Assembly: GCA_002269645.1 (NCBI GenBank)
Contig: NIVC01002032.1
Span: 114,404-154,736, forward strand
From: Macrostomum lignano
Lineage: Eukaryota
Reading direction: 5' to 3'
DNA length: 40,333 nucleotides
Of this stretch, positions 37,185 through 40,333 are shown piece by piece. Positions within the stretch are counted from its first letter, which is position 1. Every line of letters starts with the position of its first letter. The notes beneath the pieces are model-generated. The model was given only the letters and a program-made list of their open reading frames with translations. It did no database searches and was not told the DNA's origin. A program made the translations under genes and the position numbers.

Positions 37185-40066
37185 ATGTCGGCCGATTTCT
37201 GTGTCCGATCGCTGCTGGCAATGAGTTCAGCAGCCACCTCGTCGGCGGTGAAGTCGACAGTCAGCCGTCAGGAGCATCAGCAGATCGTTCGCCTTCGCCG
37301 AGACAGCGGCGACTGCAGCCGCAGTAGTAGCAGCAGCTGCTGCGCGCCCAACGACATTGAAGCGGAGGCGGAGCTGACTGAGACATCGCCGCCGCGGTTT
37401 GAACCGTCAGCAGCGTCGGCGCTGCTTCTGACCGGCACGCCGTCGATGCTGGCAGGCGCCGCAAAGCCGATCGTCGCTGCTGCCGCCGCCGCCAACGCCG
37501 CTACAACGTCCAGCTCCGACGAGGTGAACATCGAAGATGAATCAATCAATGCAGACGACGAGAAGGTTGAAGAGACTGCAAGTCCCGAGCAGCAGCCTCA
37601 GGCGCCACCGGCGGTCGACACCAGCAACAACATGGTGCACCTGTGCGAGCTACTGAAGCAGAGAGTCAGCGAAGACCTCAACAGAATTGTCGACGCAATG
37701 ATGACTCAGCTGGTGCAGAATCTGTACTCAGCTAATGCTCAGCAGCAGCCGCAGCCGCAGTTTTCCCTGCCTCCAGTCCACCGGCTGACTCAGCAGCAGT
37801 CTTCTTCGATCTTCTATCCTCCTTTGTTTATGCCGCCGCCGCCTCCGCCGCCGCCGCCGCCGCCGCCGCCGATGTTTCAGCCGCAGCAGCTGCAGGACTC
37901 CTGGCGGCAGTTCGGCTGGCCTGCTGGCGCGGCTTCAGCCACCGCTGATTCAACGGCGGCCGCGGGCACAGCTGATGCCTGCGACGATGAGACGCCGAAA
38001 CGGAAACGGGCGAAGGTGAGAAATTAATTATTAATAATTATAAATATATATTATATTAATAGTTAGCCTGATAGTTTATTACTTAATATTGAATTCCCCC
38101 ATACTCTATACTAGATCACCGACATCCGGTGTCCGGTTCCAGTTTATGCTACGGCGACTGCCGCCGCGTCTGACTGCAGCCGGGCCTCGACGCCAAATTT
38201 CCCAGCGGCGCCTTCGCATCGTCAGCAGCAGACAGCAGGCGATGAGCTCAAGGTTGGTGCTCTTGCTGTGATTCTCTGGCTGTTTACAGTGATTCCTCCT
38301 CTCCCCTCTCACCCTCTCTCTCCCCGTCTCCCTACTCTCACCCTCTCTCTCCCCGTCTCCCTACTCTCACCCTCTCTCTCCCCGTCTCCCTACTCTCACC
38401 CTCTCTCTCCCATCTCCCTACTCTCACCCCTCTCTCTCTCCGTTTCCCTAATCTTACCCTCCTCTCTCTCCGTCTCCCTACTCTCACCCTCCTCTCTCTC
38501 TCCGTCTCCCTACTCTCACCCTCCTCTCTCTCTCCGTCTCCCTACTCTCACCCTCCTCTCTCTCCGTCTCCCTACTCTCACCCTCCTCTCTCTCTCTCCG
38601 CCTCCCTAATCTCACCCTCCACTCTCTCTCTCCGTCTCCCTACTCTCACCCTCTCTCTCCCCGTCTCCCTAATCTCACTCTCCTCTCTCTCTCTCCGTCT
38701 CCCTACTCTCACCCTCTCTCTCCCCGTCTCCCTAATCTCTCTCTCTCTCTCTCCGCCTCCCTACTCTCACCCTCCTCTCTCTCCGTCTCCCTACTCTCAC
38801 CCTCCTCTCTCTCTCTCCGTCTCCCTACTCTCACCCTCCTCTCTCTCTCTCCGCCTCCCTACTCTCACCCTCTACTCTCTCTCTCCGTCTCCCTACTCTC
38901 ACCCTCCTCCCCGTCTCCCCACTCTCTCTACATTTCTTCTCTTCTCCCTAATCTCTCACCCTCTTTCCCGGTCTCCTTACTCTCACCCTCTCTACCCTTC
39001 TCCCTACTCTCACATTTTCTAATATGCAACTCCCACTTCCATCCGTTGAGCTTGTTGCTCCCACTCACTTTCTGATCCCTTCGAAAGTTATCTTAGTCAC
39101 TCCCACTTAAAGATTTCCCACTGATTTGTTTAACCGCCTTGCGCTGTGTTCCCCCCTCAATCTCTCTCCCCTGTTGATCTTGTTTGCCTTCCATTCCAAA
39201 TACCCAGCATGCTCGCTCCTCATCCTTCAATTAAAAATCTTACAGACAGACCACACAACCTTCCCCTAGAAGCAGAACCAGCTCACAAATCTCAGAGACC
39301 CGGAGATAAAAAGAAGAGAGGGGACCACTTAAATAAGGGAAGAAACTTCTCAAGTGCCTGCTCACTACTCCTAACTCGCAATCAAATATTTAATCTGGTC
39401 TATCACCCAGATTTCAGCCTTGCCCCCATCCCCCTGAGACACTGCGTCTTCTCAAACTTCTTATGTTTGCTTGGCAATCAATTTCAATTTAAAAACACAC
39501 TATGCTTTTGTTTCATATGGAATGTCAACAATGACCTGAAACCCCCCCCCCCTTCCCCGGGAGCTGCTTGGTCCAGTCAGATGGCCCAATGGGTCTTTGT
39601 GTGCTTTTTCTATACCAACCCATGGTTGAATTGAGCAAGCTAAACTTTTTTAGGGGAGGCCACGTATTGGATTAAACAATTTAGAGTAGTCTCTAAATTC
39701 ACTTAAAATATAGATTTGGGCAGACCGACATTTGGGGTCTGAGGAGTGCCATTTGGGATCTGAGGAGCGACATTTGGGATCTGAGGAGTGCCATTTGGGA
39801 TCTGAGAAGCAAAATTTGGGATTCATTCTGTACTTTAACTTCGAACTATGGAACAATGTAACAGTGGTAAATTACCATCTCACCCTTCCCAAAATACAAA
39901 CCGCTCATGCAGACGTTCACGCTATCTCCGGTTCACGCTGCGCAAGGCCAAGCTGATGTTTTTCTACAGCCGCTATCCCAGCACGGCAACGCTGCGAACT
40001 TTCTTCCGGATGTGCACTTTAACAAGAGCAACACGGCCCAGGTGGTCAAGTGGTTCTCCAACTTCC
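37185..40066 (+). CDS. pros: Prospero/PROX homeobox protein, exons 37185-38015, 38115-38252 and 39913-40066; continues beyond the window; compensating indels at 39937 and about 40006
   Basis: Conserved blocks: LCELLKQRVSEDLNRIVDAMMTQL; KRKRAK|ITDIR (compare insect KKKRHKVTDTR); [50 protein letters not shown], the atypical Prospero homeodomain. Splice sites AAG|GTGAGA, TAG|ATC, AAG|GTTGGT, CAG|ACG and C|GTGAGT. Confidence 0.93.
38290..39010. repeat. CT-rich minisatellite (about 25-bp CTCTCTCCGTCTCCCTACTCTCACC variants)
   Basis: Intron 2 of prospero. Confidence 0.9.
39715..39805. repeat. 21-bp array (CATTTGGGATCTGAGGAGTGC), about 4 copies
   Basis: Direct reading. Confidence 0.85.
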
Positions 40067-40169
40067 GTGAGTAAAATAATCTACGATATTCTAATTTAAG
40101 AAATTTTCTGAAAATAGTGATTATAAAATATATTAGGGATTTTGGATAAGGATCAGAGAAGTAAGGACA

Positions 40170-40333
40170 TCATTGGAATTTGGGAAGTGGAATTATTGGG
40201 ATTTGGGATCATTAGGTTTTAGGATCATTGAGATTTGGGATCATTGGGATTGGGGATCGTTGAGATTTGGGATCATTGGGATTGGGGATCGTTGGGATTT
40301 GGGATCATTGGGATTAGGGATTTGGGATCATAC
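40170..40333. repeat. GGGATCATTGGGATT-type minisatellite running off the window
   Basis: Direct reading; intron 3 of prospero. Confidence 0.85.

Noticed and set aside
39146-39634. 162-aa ORF as an extra prospero exon
   Set aside because: No Prospero similarity and not needed for frame continuity.
38253-39912. U12-type (AT-AC) twintron as in Drosophila prospero
   Set aside because: No ATATCC/GTATCC 5' site is seen in the intron, and the GT-AG junction 38252/39913 is already in phase.

Overview
Animal (eukaryotic) genomic DNA. The style suggests a free-living flatworm such as Macrostomum lignano (inference only): GC- and Ala-rich exons, with introns and spacers filled by many different minisatellites. 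Three spliced genes are supported. (1) The 3' part of an unidentified minus-strand gene (exons about 3869-4088, 2009-2311, 191-609), with an apparent 1-bp frameshift. (2) An essentially complete FHAD1-like gene on + (8515-23240; N-terminal FHA domain plus long coiled coil). (3) The 5' part of a prospero/PROX homeobox gene on + (37185 to beyond the window), whose homeodomain exon carries two compensating indels. Mobile elements: a deleted mariner with about 193-bp TIRs, a split tRNA-derived SINE with a hAT-like fragment, and a 5S rRNA-like fragment. About 25 distinct tandem arrays account for most of the long ORFs in the track, which are not genes. The most unusual signals are a 1.6-kb CpG-free, TAGGCCTA-rich island, the frame-compensated Prospero homeodomain, splice-site-like motifs multiplied inside intronic arrays, and an inverted pair of the same minisatellite. 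Repeat boundaries are approximate and all coordinates were read by eye.
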